64,000 nt of DNA from Eledone cirrhosa. Lineage: Eukaryota. Position 1 is the stretch's first letter. The number at the start of each line of letters is the position of its first letter. Under the pieces are notes generated by a model. It was not told the origin of the DNA and did no database searches. It worked only from the letters and a program-made list of their open reading frames with translations. Shown piece by piece: positions 16,551 through 29,789 of this stretch. The position numbers and the translations under genes were made by a program. The stretch is taken from the NCBI GenBank assembly GCA_964016885.1, contig OZ024749.1, positions 4,774,001-4,838,000 of the forward strand. Direction: 5' to 3'.

Positions 16551-16590
<40 letters not shown>

Positions 16591-16805
16591 ATGTATATAT
16601 ATACATATATAGTATATGTATGTATGTATATATATATTATATGTATGTATATATATATTATATGTATGTATGTATATATATATATATTATATATGTATGG
16701 ATATATATATATTATATATATATGTATATATATATATATCATATGTATGTATATATATATATATTATATATATATATATATGTATATATCTTATATGTAT
16801 GTATG

Positions 16806-16837
<32 letters not shown>

Positions 16838-17118
16838 ATATATGAATATATATATATTATATATATATATGTATATATATATATTTTATATATATATATA
16901 TATGAATATATATATATTATATATATATATGTATATATATATATATTTTATATATATATATATATGAATATATATATATTATATATATATATGTATATAT
17001 ATATATATTATATATGTATATATGTATGTATGTATATATATATATATTATATATGTATATATGTATGTATGTATATATATATATATTATATATGTATATA
17101 TGTATGTATGTATATATA

Positions 17119-17156
<38 letters not shown>

Positions 17157-17182
17157 TATTATATATGTATATATGTATGTAT

Positions 17183-17215
<33 letters not shown>

Positions 17216-17223
17216 TGTATATA
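16078..17223. repeat. (TA)n/(TATG)n field with a ~100-bp unique island at 16418-16520
   Basis: Direct reading. Confidence 0.9.
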
Positions 17224-17680
17224 TCAAAGGGCAAAAGAGCTCTTAAGAGTCAATGGCCATCCAAAATCACCGGGAGAGATGACCCTTTAGCCTTTGTCAA
17301 GGCAGAATTCTACGAGAAGGAAAACTCTGATATAACACCTGCAACTCTGATGATATCCAATGATGTTGACTTGTTCTTCTTTTTGGTAAATATCATCTTG
17401 GTTAAGAGAGTGGGACTGGCTTTGTGCAGTGCCTTTGCTCACTATAAAAGCTTCACGGCACAGGCATTGCTTTATATCTGGAGATCTCTCTGCACTTGTC
17501 GTCACAGGGTACCATGGGCCCAGCACTATGTGTCAATATTTGTCACAAGTGTAGTGTTTGTACCAGAGTTTTCAAGTCGCTGGCTGGACTAAAAAGTCAC
17601 ACTCGTTCAGCGCATCGGTAGGGGTTCTCCTATATGGATATAAAGTAGTGGCCGTACTCGAAAACGAGTTGGCAGCCACC
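17224..17680 (+). mobile_element. Bipartite RTE-derived non-autonomous element, 5'-truncated copy
   Basis: Near-identical to 18472-18927; (AT)n tail. Confidence 0.9.
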
Positions 17681-17870
17681 ATATATATATATATGTATGT
17701 ATATATGTATATATATATGTATATATACATATAAGTATATATATATATACATATATATGTATATATATGCATATATATGTATGTATATATATATATGTAT
17801 ATGTATATATATATATGTATATATATGTATGTATATATGTATATATATGTGTATATATGTATATATTATG

Positions 17871-17905
<35 letters not shown>

Positions 17906-17986
17906 GTATATGTATATATATATGTATATATATGTATATATATGTGTATGTATATATATGTGTATATATATATATATGTATATGTA

Positions 17987-18031
<45 letters not shown>

Positions 18032-18224
18032 ATATGTGTGTGTGTATATATATATGTATATATGTATATGTATATATATATGTATATGTATATATGTATA
18101 TATATGTATATGTATATATATGTATGTATATATATATATGTATATATATATGTATATATTTATATATATGTATATATATATTTATATATATGTATATATA
18201 TGTGTATATATATATATATATGTG

Positions 18225-18255
<31 letters not shown>

Positions 18256-18320
18256 GTATATGTGTATATGTATATATTGTATATATATATGTATATATAT
18301 ATATATGTATATATATATAT

Positions 18321-18927
18321 GTCAGGTCACCAGTTGGTGCTACTGGTAACATGTATCCCAGTACAACCTGTCCCATGGTCGGGTCGTTGGCGACTAAACT
18401 GGCAACCCCACCAAGGTTTCTTGGTGAGGAGGGTGACTTTGGACATCCTGCAGGACTAAAAACAAAACCTGTCAAAGGGCAAAGGAGCTCTAAGAGTCAA
18501 TGGCCATCCAAAATCACCGGGAGAGATGACCCCTTAGCCTTTGTCAAGGCAGAATTCTAGGAGAAGGAAAACTCTGATATAACACCTGCAACCCTGATGG
18601 TATCCAATGATGTTGACTTGTTCTTCTTTTTGGTAAATATCATCTTGGTTAAGAGAGTGGGACTGGCTTTGTGCAGTGCCTTTGCTCACTATAAAAGCTT
18701 CACGGCACAGGCATTGCTTTATATCTGGAGATCTCTCTGCACTTGTCGTCACAGGGTACCATGGCCCCAGCACTATGTGTCAATATTTGTCACAAGTGTG
18801 GTGTTTGTACCAGAGTTTTCAAGTCGCTGGCTGGACTAAAAGGTCACACTCGTTCAGTGCATCTGTAGGGGTTCTCCTATATGGATATAAAGTAGTGGCC
18901 GTACTCGAAAACGAGTTGGCAGCCACC
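18321..18927 (+). mobile_element. Bipartite RTE-derived non-autonomous element, longest copy (~607 bp)
   Basis: RTE 5'UTR-like motifs (AAACTGGCAACCCCACC, GGAGAAGGAAAACTCTGA) joined to an RTE-like ORF end with C2H2 finger [25 protein letters not shown] (18791-18868) and 3' hairpin CTCG-AAAA-CGAG. Confidence 0.85.
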
Positions 18928-18986
<59 letters not shown>

Positions 18987-19172
18987 GTATGTATATAAAT
19001 ATATATATTATATGTGTATGTATATATATATATATATCATATATGTATATATGTATATATATATATATATTATATATGTATGTATGTATATATATATATA
19101 TATTATATATGTATGTATATATATATATATTATATATATAATATTATATAAATATATTATATTATATATATA

Positions 19173-19226
<54 letters not shown>

Positions 19227-19770
19227 CTAGCAGTAAAGCCCGGCGTTGTTCGGGGTCGCTCAGTAGCTGTGTTAAAGTTACAATGTTAAGTTTCTTTTTT
19301 GGCTTAAAGTCTGTCTGCACGACTGTCTGTCTGCACGCCTAACGAAATTTATAGACTTGTTTTCAAGTAAAAATATTGTTTTAAAAGGCTTTTAAATGGA
19401 AATGAAGCAAAACGGAAGCTTAGTGTTCGAACTGATGAATTTTGCAGGTCAAAATGTTGCTGGCTCGACAACTGTTCGTGTATTGTGTTAATGTCATTTT
19501 AAACGCTGAGAAAGCCAGCGTAATTTTTTTAAGACGCTCAATGTAAACAGAACAAAGGGAAATAACTCGTCACTTACGCTCAAAAATCGATACATTATAT
19601 TCAATTTCGTCACATAGGGTGGGTCAATTTGAAATATTTTTTCCGATGTCTTCGCTAGGGCTCAATGTACAAGTATAGCAATTTCGGTGCAATTCCGTGA
19701 GAGATTCTAAGAGGAGATGTGTGCCAAAAATCGATAGACAGACAGACAACCACAGTTTTATATATATAGA
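19227..19770 (-). mobile_element. Non-autonomous Helitron, short (deleted) copy
   Basis: Minus strand starts TC(TATATATATAAAACTG), ends with hairpin CCCGAACAACGCCGGG + CTAG, between A and T; GTCT microsatellite near 5' end as in Lep1-like Helitrons. Confidence 0.8.
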
Positions 19771-19774
19771 TATA

Positions 19775-20688
19775 CTAGCAGTAAAGCACGGCGTTGCTCG
19801 GGGTCGCTCAGTAGCTGTGTTAAAGTTACAATGTTAAGTTTCTTTCTTGGCTTAAAAACTGTAGTGTCTACTGTGCAGACTTGCATGTGGTGTTTTTGAT
19901 TAATATTCCCTCAACCAACAATATGCCTTATGAAGTTAAGAAAACATAACGATAACCCCAATGTTATAACAAAAGAGGATGCTGGGGATAGAAACTGCAC
20001 TGGTTATTTATTAACAAAGATCGAAAATGTAAACACTGCAACGCAGAGAAAAACATTAGCGTAACCAAATTATCAGTTATGTCTGTCTGCACGCCTATAT
20101 CACCTCTCTGCACGACTGTCTGTCTGCACGCCTATATCACCTCTCTGCACGACTGTCTGTCTGCACGCCTATATCACCTCTCTGCACGACTGTCTGTCTG
20201 CACGCGTATATAACCTCTCTGCACGACTGTCTGTCTGCACGACTGTCTGTCTGCACGCCTAACGACGAAATATTTGCTTGTTTTACGTAGTCTTTAAATA
20301 GACTTGTTTTCAAGTAAAAATATTGTTTTAAAATGCTTTTAAATGGAAATGAAGCAAAACGGAAGCTTAGTGTTCGAACTGATGAATTTTGCAGGTCAAT
20401 ATTTTGCTGGCTCGACAACTGTTAAAGCCAGCGTAATTTTTTACGTAAGACGCTCAATGTAAACAGAACAAAGGGAAATAACTGATAACTTACGCTCAAA
20501 AATCGATACATTATATTCGATTTCGTCACATAGGATGGGTCAATTTGAAATTTTTTTTTTCCGATGTCTTCGCTAGGGCTCAATGTACAAGTATAGCAAT
20601 TTCGGTGCAATTCCGTGAGAGATTCTAAGAGGAGATGTGTGCCAAAAATCGATAGACAAACATACAACCACAGTTTTATATATATAGA
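19775..20688 (-). mobile_element. Non-autonomous Helitron, longer copy with internal ~37-bp tandem repeat
   Basis: Same termini as adjacent copy; extra segment ~19856-20080 and GTCTGTCTGCACGCCTATATCACCTCTCTGCACGACT about 4 copies. Confidence 0.8.
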
Positions 20689-20775
20689 TTATATTATATT
20701 ATATTATATTATATTATATATATATTATATTATATATATTATATTATATATATATATATTATATTATATTATATG

Positions 20776-20840
<65 letters not shown>

Positions 20841-20878
20841 TTTATATATATATTATATTTTATATATATATTATATTT

Positions 20879-20909
<31 letters not shown>

Positions 20910-20994
20910 ATATTATATATATTATATTATATATATATATATATTATATATATATTATATTATATATATTATATTATATATATTATATATATAT

Positions 20995-21069
<75 letters not shown>

Positions 21070-22683
21070 GGTAGATTTGCAGTATCCGTAGAGGGTCGGA
21101 CGCCATGCTTTCCAGCATAGTTACGTCCCTTTACGATCTGAGTTCAAATCTCCCCCGAGGTTGACTTTGCCTTTCATCCTTTCGGAGTCGATAAAATGAA
21201 GTACAAGTAATACACTGCGTAATTGCTATATTATATTATATTATATATATTATATTATATATATATATATATTATATTATATATATTATATATATATATT
21301 ATATTATATATATTATATATTATATATATATATTATATATTATATATAAATTATATATATAGTATATATATTATATATATTATCTAAATTATATATTATA
21401 TATACTATATATATTATATATATTATCTATATTATATATTATATATACTATATATATTATCTATATTATATATTTTAAATATATTATATATATATTATAT
21501 ATTTATATATATAATATATTTCATATATATAATACATTTTATATATATAATAAATTTTATATATATTATATATATTAATATATACTATATATATTATATA
21601 TATAATATATATATTATATATATAATATATATAATATATATAATATATATTATATATATATTATATATATAATATATATTATATATATATAATATATATA
21701 TTATATATATAATATATAATTATATATATTATATATATATATTATATATATAATATATAAATATATATATTATATATATCATATATATATATTATATATA
21801 TATTATATATATATATTATATATATATTATATATATATATTATATATATATTATATATATTATATATAGTATATATATTATATGTTATATGTTATATGTT
21901 ATATGTTATATAAATATGTTATATATATATATGTTTATAAATATATATTATATATATATATAGTATATGTTATATAAATATATATTATATATATATATAG
22001 TATGTTATATAAATATATATTATATAAATATATATTATATATATATAGTATATATATATATAGTATATATGTTATATAAATATATATTATATATATATAT
22101 ATATATAGTATATATGTTATATAAATATATATTATATATATATATAGTATATATGTTATATAAATATATATTATAAATATATATATATATAGTATATATG
22201 TTATATAAATATATATTATATATATATATAGTATATATGTTATATAAATATATATTATTATATATATATATATAGTAAGTTATATAAATATATATTATAT
22301 ATATATATACATATAGTAAGTTATATAAATATGTTATATATATATATAATATATATATTATATATATATATATTATATATATATATATAATATATAAATA
22401 TAAATATATATATGTTATAAATATATATATATATATATAATATATAAATATATATATATATATATATATGTTATATATATATATATATAATATATAAATA
22501 TATATATATATATATAATATATAAATATATATATATATATGTTATATAAATATATATAATATATAAATATATATTATATATATGTTATATAAATATATAT
22601 AATATATAAATATATATTATATATTTATATATATGTTATATAAATATATATAATATATTAATATGTTATATAAATATATATAT
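20689..22683. repeat. Degenerate (TA)n/(TTATA)n field interrupted by a SINE
   Basis: Direct reading. Confidence 0.95.
21067..21228 (+). mobile_element. tRNA-derived SINE, family 1
   Basis: Head GGCGGTAGATTTGCAGTATCC, B-box GAGTTCAAATC, conserved body. Confidence 0.85.
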
Positions 22684-23514
22684 CAAAGTTTAATGGGCTT
22701 CCACTGATGATTTATAAGTGCCCACCTAAATATATTCTTACATGAATGTATATTAGGCTTCTACATAAACTGGAAATATTCTCCGAATTTGTAGAAAACT
22801 TATGATGAAACAAAAACAAATAACGAAACGAAATTAAATTTCGTTTCGTTTGTAACTCACTTTTGTATGACTGACGCTTAAACAATTACGTTAAAAATGT
22901 ACATCCACATATGTATACTGAAATACTAGTATGCATATGAATACACACCCGTATACATATGTAGATGTACCGAGTTTTTCACTGGTCACTTTACTGTGAG
23001 TGTCCAGCTATTCTGTATGTAAACACACAGACAAATCGGTTTTTAAAATCATACTGGTTTTTGAGGAAACACCTTTCCTCTATTCTCCAGAAAGCCAGGA
23101 AACAATTGTTTGGAAAGAGAGATATATTAAAACTTTAATTATATCTCATAAAAAAATAATACAACTGGCTTTTCCACATAATACATATTGTTAGAACCCC
23201 AAACACTTAAATTGGGTTTATATTAAAATATAACCTAATGTTTGTTGAGTGAGATGGTTACTAGTCAGAGATTAGCTTTAAACTATCTCTGTTATTGTAT
23301 TAACATAATATATAAATATATATTATATATATATATATTATATAATATATAAATATATATTATATAATATATAAATATATATTATATAAATATATATATT
23401 ATATGTATTATATATATATATATTATATAAAAATATATATATTATATAAATATATATATTATATATATATAATGTATGTACTTATGTGATGAGGCTATAC
23501 GCACATAATGCTTA

Positions 23515-23626
23515 TCTCTCTCTCTCCCTCTCTCTCTCCCTCTCTCTCTCCATATCTCTCTCCATCTCTCTCTCAATATCTCTCTCTCCATATCTCTCTC
23601 TCCATATCTCTCTCTCTCCCTCACTC

Positions 23627-23708
<82 letters not shown>
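23515..23708. repeat. (CT)n followed by (TA)n
   Basis: Direct reading. Confidence 0.95.
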
Positions 23709-23713
<5 letters not shown>

Positions 23714-24949
23714 TAATTGAATTAACTTAGTTGTCGAGTAAAGCAGTTGTGTGCGCATGTTAGATTTTATTTTGTTTTCATGGTTTCATTTTCATTTTCC
23801 CTTTTTCGGATGATTGTGTAGGTACACTTCCTACATTCTTCCTATATGTTTATTTGCGTGTGATATCGAGTTCCCTACACTTTTATGTAAATTTGTAAAT
23901 TTCCTCCTTGTTATATTATTCGCACAGCGTGTCATTAAATGCAACTATGCGAATGTTTGTGTTGTGTTGGTCTAGAGGCGTTAGCGTTCTCTCTCGTCTT
24001 ATGTAGATATGTTTCTATACATCATTTCCAGTTATTTATATTTTAGTTTCATGTGAGTTCATAAATATGTACGCAAAGGAGGTGGGGGAAATATGCAATG
24101 AATGTATATCGTTGAATGTGTTTGTAGTATTTCTTGTAGTGTGTGTGTATGTGCATAAACAATGCGCCTGAGTTTGCATTTGCACGTGCATCTAAGCATG
24201 TGTATCGATATGTGTGTGTCTATGCATGCATCGTATGTGCGTGACTGTTTGCACCTCTATCTGTATATGTCACAACAGAGCGAATAAATATCAGTAAGTA
24301 TATGCGTGTTACTTTTACGTTTAAGCCTACGAGTGTTCATTTGTTTGAAGTGGGCTTCTGGAAGTAATTTGCAAAGTTTCTAAGCAATGGTATCCTCTTA
24401 ATAGCATTTCCGAGTTGAATGTTGTTCAGCTTCACTTGTTTATAGCGATTCCTCTATAACTATATCAATGTACACTATCATTAATAAGAACATGTATTAC
24501 TGAGATTCTACAGCTGCAATCTATACTGTGTTTAAAAATGTACTTACTAAACAACTTAGTACGTGTTTTTATTTCAGTTCTGTGTGTGTGTGGGTGTGTG
24601 TGTGTGTCCACTCCTTTTCAATGCGCATGGCCCTATCAACAACTTCACATAGCGGCTAGCTTTGTTTCTTTTATTTTTGTTGGCTCTCCATTTAACCAAA
24701 ATTCTATTCTAAATTAGGAAAGATATGCATGTCCCAATAATATTTCAGGCGGCAAAAACCCAGGACATTTCTTTGATTTGTTATTGAGACTATGCTGCTA
24801 TTTCTAGCATTTCAAGGGAAAACACAGTTAGTTCAAACAATTCCACCCCTCCAATCAAAACAATTTTGTCTTTAGTAATTTCGGAATAGTTAACTTAAAA
24901 TAACGGGTAAATACTATCAAACGCTGATTTATGTGAGAAAATATTGTAA

Positions 24950-25330
24950 AAAGGCAGTAATATAGCAGAATAGTTTGACAATCGGACGAGATACCTTGTG
25001 TTATTTGTCATAGCTCTGTATGTTTTGAATTCAATTTTGACGACCAAGGATTCGGTTGTGTTTCATTCCTTCGGATAAATGGTGCCAAATCGATACCATT
25101 CAATGGGAGAGTCGGACTCCGCCAAGTGTGCGTACTATCACCTCTTCTATTCTTATTTTTCCTCACCCCGAGCGGATAGCTCTTTCACCTTTTACTCTAG
25201 TTCAAATCCTGTCGAGGTTAGCTTTGACCTTCATCCTTACGGAGTCGATAAATAAAGCACCAGTAATGCACTGGGTTCGATTTAATCGATTTCTTCCAAT
25301 CCCAAATGTTATGGAATTGTGCCATTTTCA
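24950..25330 (+). mobile_element. Two degenerate family-1 SINEs
   Basis: TTTCATTCCTTCGGATAAA (~25060) and TAGTTCAAATCCTGTCGAGGTTAGCTTTGACCTTCATCCTTACGGAGTCGATAAA (~25200). Confidence 0.65.
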
Positions 25331-25399
25331 TGAACAGGATTGAAATTCGCAGCCGAGTTCAAAGTGGTATCACGACTAATGGGTGGAAAATCAGTTGGA

Positions 25400-25860
25400 T
25401 GGAATTTGCAGACTACATGGTGTTACTTAACTCAACAGAAGGCGATCTCCAACTTGTACTTGATAAGTTTTGATGCCAAGTACTGCACTGCTGGAATGAA
25501 GACCAGTGCTGCGAAAACCGAGACACGCCTCCTCGCAAGGAATCCTGTGCAGTACAATCTACATGTGAATGGAAATTCACTGATGCACGTAGAGAGGTCC
25601 AAGCATTACGTTATTCGACAGAGTACATAGCTCGGAGCTCAAAGAGACACCACAGGGAGAGCCGCTACTTCTCCGAATTGAGAGATCACAGCATTGATAC
25701 ACATGGACATGGTGATTAGAATGTTCAAAAATAAAATTGCTAAACCGATGTTACGGACAAATCTAACCAGCGGGAGACCCAGGGATAGACAACCTCTTGC
25801 AAGACGTTTGGATAATATCAATGACCTTAGCTGTTCACGCTGGAAGCAGTGTTTGAGAAC
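25400..25860 (+). pseudogene. Degenerate, internally deleted RTE-clade LINE fragment
   Basis: AGMKTSAAKTETRLLARNPVQYNLHVNGNSLMHVERSKHY resembles the post-YADD G(L/M)KI..KT...V..FKYLG region; later RPRDRQPLARRLDNINDLS resembles RPRGRP..RW.D.I. Confidence 0.6.
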
Positions 25861-25916
25861 TCTGCTTCCACAACCCTCTCAAGAATAATAAGAAGACCAT
25901 TTCATTATGTATGAAA

Positions 25917-26105
25917 TAACTGTTTCTACTTTAGGCACAAGGCCAGCAATTACCCAGTGCATTACTGGTACTTTATTTTATCGACCCCGTAAGGATAAAA
26001 GGCAAAGTCAACCTCGGCGGGATTTGAACTCAGATCGTAAAGGGACGTAACTATTCTGGAAAGCATGATGACTGGCCCTCTACTGATACTGCCAATCCAC
26101 CGCCC
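25917..26105 (-). mobile_element. tRNA-derived SINE, family 1
   Basis: Full reverse-complement copy including head (TACTGCCAATCCACCGCC). Confidence 0.9.
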
Positions 26106-26904
26106 TCATCCAGTATAATTCTGGTGTCGCTACAACTGAGATTTCCTTTGGTATAAAATTGCTGGCCTAACACCTATGTTAGAAATAATTATTAGTATAG
26201 ATATTGGCTGGAATTTTATGTCGAATACTTATAGCGTGTCACAAAAATATGATACTTCCATCCATCTTCGTAATCGTCCGATACTCGTGGTCATATATCT
26301 GACGGTTACAATGTCGTCTAATATGTCTATAGCTGCGGGTCTGTTAGAAATTAGGTTTTTGTCGCAGTAGTACGATGATGTGTAGAAGATATATATATCC
26401 AGACCTTACCAGTGCCACAAATGTACCATATCTTCAAAAGAAATGTCACGTAGTAAATTAATGTCAGTTAGTTTCGAAAGATTCAGATAATTTCCAAGTG
26501 TATTAACGAGATAATGAAGCATGAACTATAATAATGAAGGAGATAAATCGTCATTGGCGAGAGATAGGAAGATGATACAAGCGAATACACCATAATAACC
26601 AGATCATGATTCTCTACTGCATTTCCTGTCCATAACTACATTGTTGGTATATATATATATATGTGTGTGTGTGTGAGGAAGTATGTGTCTGTGTGTTAGA
26701 TGTGAGAGCATATGAAGTTGGTCCTATGACTGTGTAAGTGTGTGAATATTTCACCTACATGAATATTATAAGTAGATAATTCTGACCAGCTGCACACATA
26801 CCTACAAACACCTACATATATCCCCAGGCACATACAAACGAGTGAATTGTAAATCACGCCACATCAATCATATACATAGCAGTATATACAACTGTGTATA
26901 TATG

Positions 26905-27035
26905 AGGCCTAGTGGTAAAGGTGTTGGACTTACGACCATAATGTTGTGGGTTTAAATGCTGGACAGTGTTGTGTGTTGTGTTCTTGAGTAAATCCCTTCA
27001 TTTTATGTTGCTCCAGTATACTCAACTGAAAATGT
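26905..27035 (+). mobile_element. tRNA-derived SINE, family 2-related (diverged)
   Basis: A-box GGCCTAGTGGTAAAG, B-box-like GGGTTTAAATG, then GTGTTCTTGAG...TTCATTTTATGTTGCTCC. Confidence 0.65.
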
Positions 27036-27067
27036 GACCTCTCCAGGGGGAAGTATTGTATATACAC

Positions 27068-27124
<57 letters not shown>

Positions 27125-27127
27125 AAA

Positions 27128-27252
27128 AACGAATTGTGGTAAGGAACCAGATGGGCCATAACGCACCAGAATACTCAATACTTAGGGTAGTAGAGTGGCA
27201 AATAGGAAAAAGTATGACCCCGACGGCAGTGCTCAAGCCGTTTCGCCGGCTA
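27128..27252 (-). mobile_element. PLE-like 3' terminus truncated inside hammerhead stem II
   Basis: Homologous to 43990-44117; minus strand GAAAC-GGCTTGAGCACTGCC-GTC-GGGGTC; TA flanks. Confidence 0.6.
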
Positions 27253-27319
27253 TATATATATATATACATATATATATATACATATATAATACATATGTAT
27301 ATTCATATACACTTATATA

Positions 27320-27354
<35 letters not shown>

Positions 27355-27358
<4 letters not shown>

Positions 27359-29145
27359 TCATCATCATCATCATCGGGTTTAGCGTCCGTGTTCCACGCT
27401 TGCATGGGTTTGGACGGGGGTTTTCCCACTTGAGACAAGAGTGGTTGTCTTGCTCGCAATAGGACTGTCTGGCGGGTTTTCTACAGCTGGATGCCCTTCC
27501 TAACACCAACCACATTTACAATGTGGGGCTGGGAGGTTTTTACCGTGTTGCCTACACGGCCACATTACAGCGTGGACTGTCTGGCGGGTTTTCTACAGCT
27601 GGATGCCCTTCCTAACACCAACCACATTTACAGTGTGGGGCTGGGAGGTTTTTACCGTGTTGCCTACACGGCCACATTTACAGCGTGGACTGTGTGTTTG
27701 TTGTCGTGACACCTACACGATCTCATTTGTTTCGGCCTGGATGTTGTGGGACCAACATAACTTTACATTGAAAGGGGCGGTGTGGATGGGGTGGAGGTGG
27801 TGGGACGGGGGTGTGTTTTGATAGAGATGCCTACTGACTGTAGTAGGTTTTTACTTTGTATTTAGGTAAGGCGGGTCTTCTCTATTACTGAGTACCGCCA
27901 AAGGTCTCGGTCCAGTGACATTGTCTTGGAGAGGTGTAAGCGTGTGAGGTCGGAATTTATCATGTCGTCCGAGGTTTTTCTGGGTCTGCCTACTCCGTGG
28001 CTACCGTCTATCTTTATTGCCCTGCACTTTGTTATACAGCTGTCGTCTTTCATGCGCATCACGTGACCGTAACAACGTAGCCTTCTCTCGAGTAAACAAC
28101 ATCTGATCCCTCTTATTTCTAATTTTTTCCTTAGCTCGTTTATGCTTTGCCGTTCACGTATATTACTATTGCACATCCAGCGGAGCATGCAAGCTTCGTT
28201 CCTCTCTAGTCTGCGTATATCCTCTGCACACAATGCGCAGGTCTCACTGCCATGCAGCATTGCTGGTCGTATGCAGGCATCGTATAACCTGCCTTTCATT
28301 TTTAGGGAGAACCCTCTAGCGGCTAATAGTGGTATAAGCTCTCTGAACTTTTTCCATCCTGTCCTGACTCTAGCTACTGTACTTTCAGAGCACCCTCCCC
28401 CACTGCTGATTTTGTCACCCAGGTAACGGAAGCTGTCCACTATTTCTATAGAACCCTCTGCGCAGTTGAAGGAGCTAGTATTTTGTGGGCACTTGCTGCT
28501 ACTTATTGCACCAGAGCACCCCGACCATATGTAAAATCTATGTTCTTAGTTAGCTTACCTGTGATCCCACTACATCTTTTATGCACCCATACTTTGCATT
28601 TGGGACATAAAATGGAGTTTCTACCTACGCCTTTCCTACACACTGAGCATGGCCATTTCCCAGAAGGGACCGCCGCCTTATTTTCTTTCCTACAAACTAA
28701 AACTTTAGTCTTAGCCAGGTTAATTTTAAGGCCTTTTGATTCTAGGCCGTGCTTCCATGTTTGGAATTTCTTCTCTAGTTCGATCATTGATTCAGCTATG
28801 AGCGTTAGATCATCTGCGTATAGGAGTTCCCATGGGCAGCCGGTCTTGAACTCCTCTGTTATGGCCTGAAGGGCAATAATAAATAGTTGGGGGCTAAGAA
28901 CAGAGCTCTGATGGACACCAACTTTTACGCTAAACTCTTCACTATATTCGTTGTTAATTCTAATATTACTGACTGTTTCTTTATACATGGCTTGTATAGC
29001 TCTCACAAGCCATTCGTCAACACCTAGTTTTCTAAGAGACCACCAGATAATGGAACGGGGGACTCTGTCGAAGGCTTTCTCCAAGTCGACGAAAGCTAAG
29101 TATAGGGGTTTACTTTTAGCTAGGTACTTCTCCTGTAGTTGTCGT
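27355..29145 (-). mobile_element. RTE-clade LINE, 5'-truncated, frameshifted RT with PHD-like Cys/His insert
   Basis: EKAFDRVPR, GVHQSSVLSP, LLYADDL, GLKINLAKTK, CSVC...CPKC..WVH..C, FRYLG, RRLRCYGHVMR, GRPRKT; (GAT)n tail; ~112-bp duplication in 3'UTR (27462-27690). Confidence 0.95.
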
Positions 29146-29179
29146 ACGATTTACCAATATATATATATATATATATACA

Positions 29180-29565
29180 TTATGAAGAGAGAAGAAACAT
29201 TTAGATATAATTAGTAATAAAATGTATCATACCTAAACTGTTCCTAAATTCCTCGACTACGTAGTTTCGTGGCATAAACAAAAACAATATATCAAAGATA
29301 TAGAGTCCTTGCGAGGTCTGCCGACTTATCAAGAGGATACCTCATTTTACTAGTCTCAAGAACGCGTCTACACGACGTGAGAAAGAATCCCAAAAGGCGG
29401 AGGGGGAGATAGTCACGCGATATAACGGTCGAGAAACAGAGCTAAGCCTCTTATAACCACGAAAAAAATACCACGGAGGCGGAGGGGGTATTCATATCGA
29501 GGCCGTAGAAGAGGTAGTGAAGAAGGCGAGAAGTATGAGTAATGGAAGCTTTCCAGTTGTCCCCA
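29180..29565 (-). mobile_element. Probable PLE 3' terminal fragment carrying an HHR
   Basis: TA-flanked unique segment with HHR about 70 nt from its 3' end. Confidence 0.55.
29250..29337 (-). ncRNA. Type I hammerhead with U3-A8 core variant
   Basis: Minus strand TCCTC-TTGATAA-GTCGGCA...TGCCAC-GAAAC-TACGTA-GTC-GAGGA; perfect 5-bp stem I, palindromic stem III, GUC triplet. Confidence 0.8.
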
Positions 29566-29789
29566 TATATATATATATATTGGTAAACGGAAAGGAAAAT
29601 GCTGACAAATTGTTCCCAGTGAAAAATAGTTTAATCGGGAATAGGTGAGAATAAGTAATAGTATTGGTTAGTATTCAGTTTTGGTTTTAAGTTTTACCGG
29701 TTGCGCATTCTAATGCTTTTCAAAAATAAATTTGAGATAGAGCGTCCGTGATGTTTGCTCTGATCTGTATATATATATATACATATACA

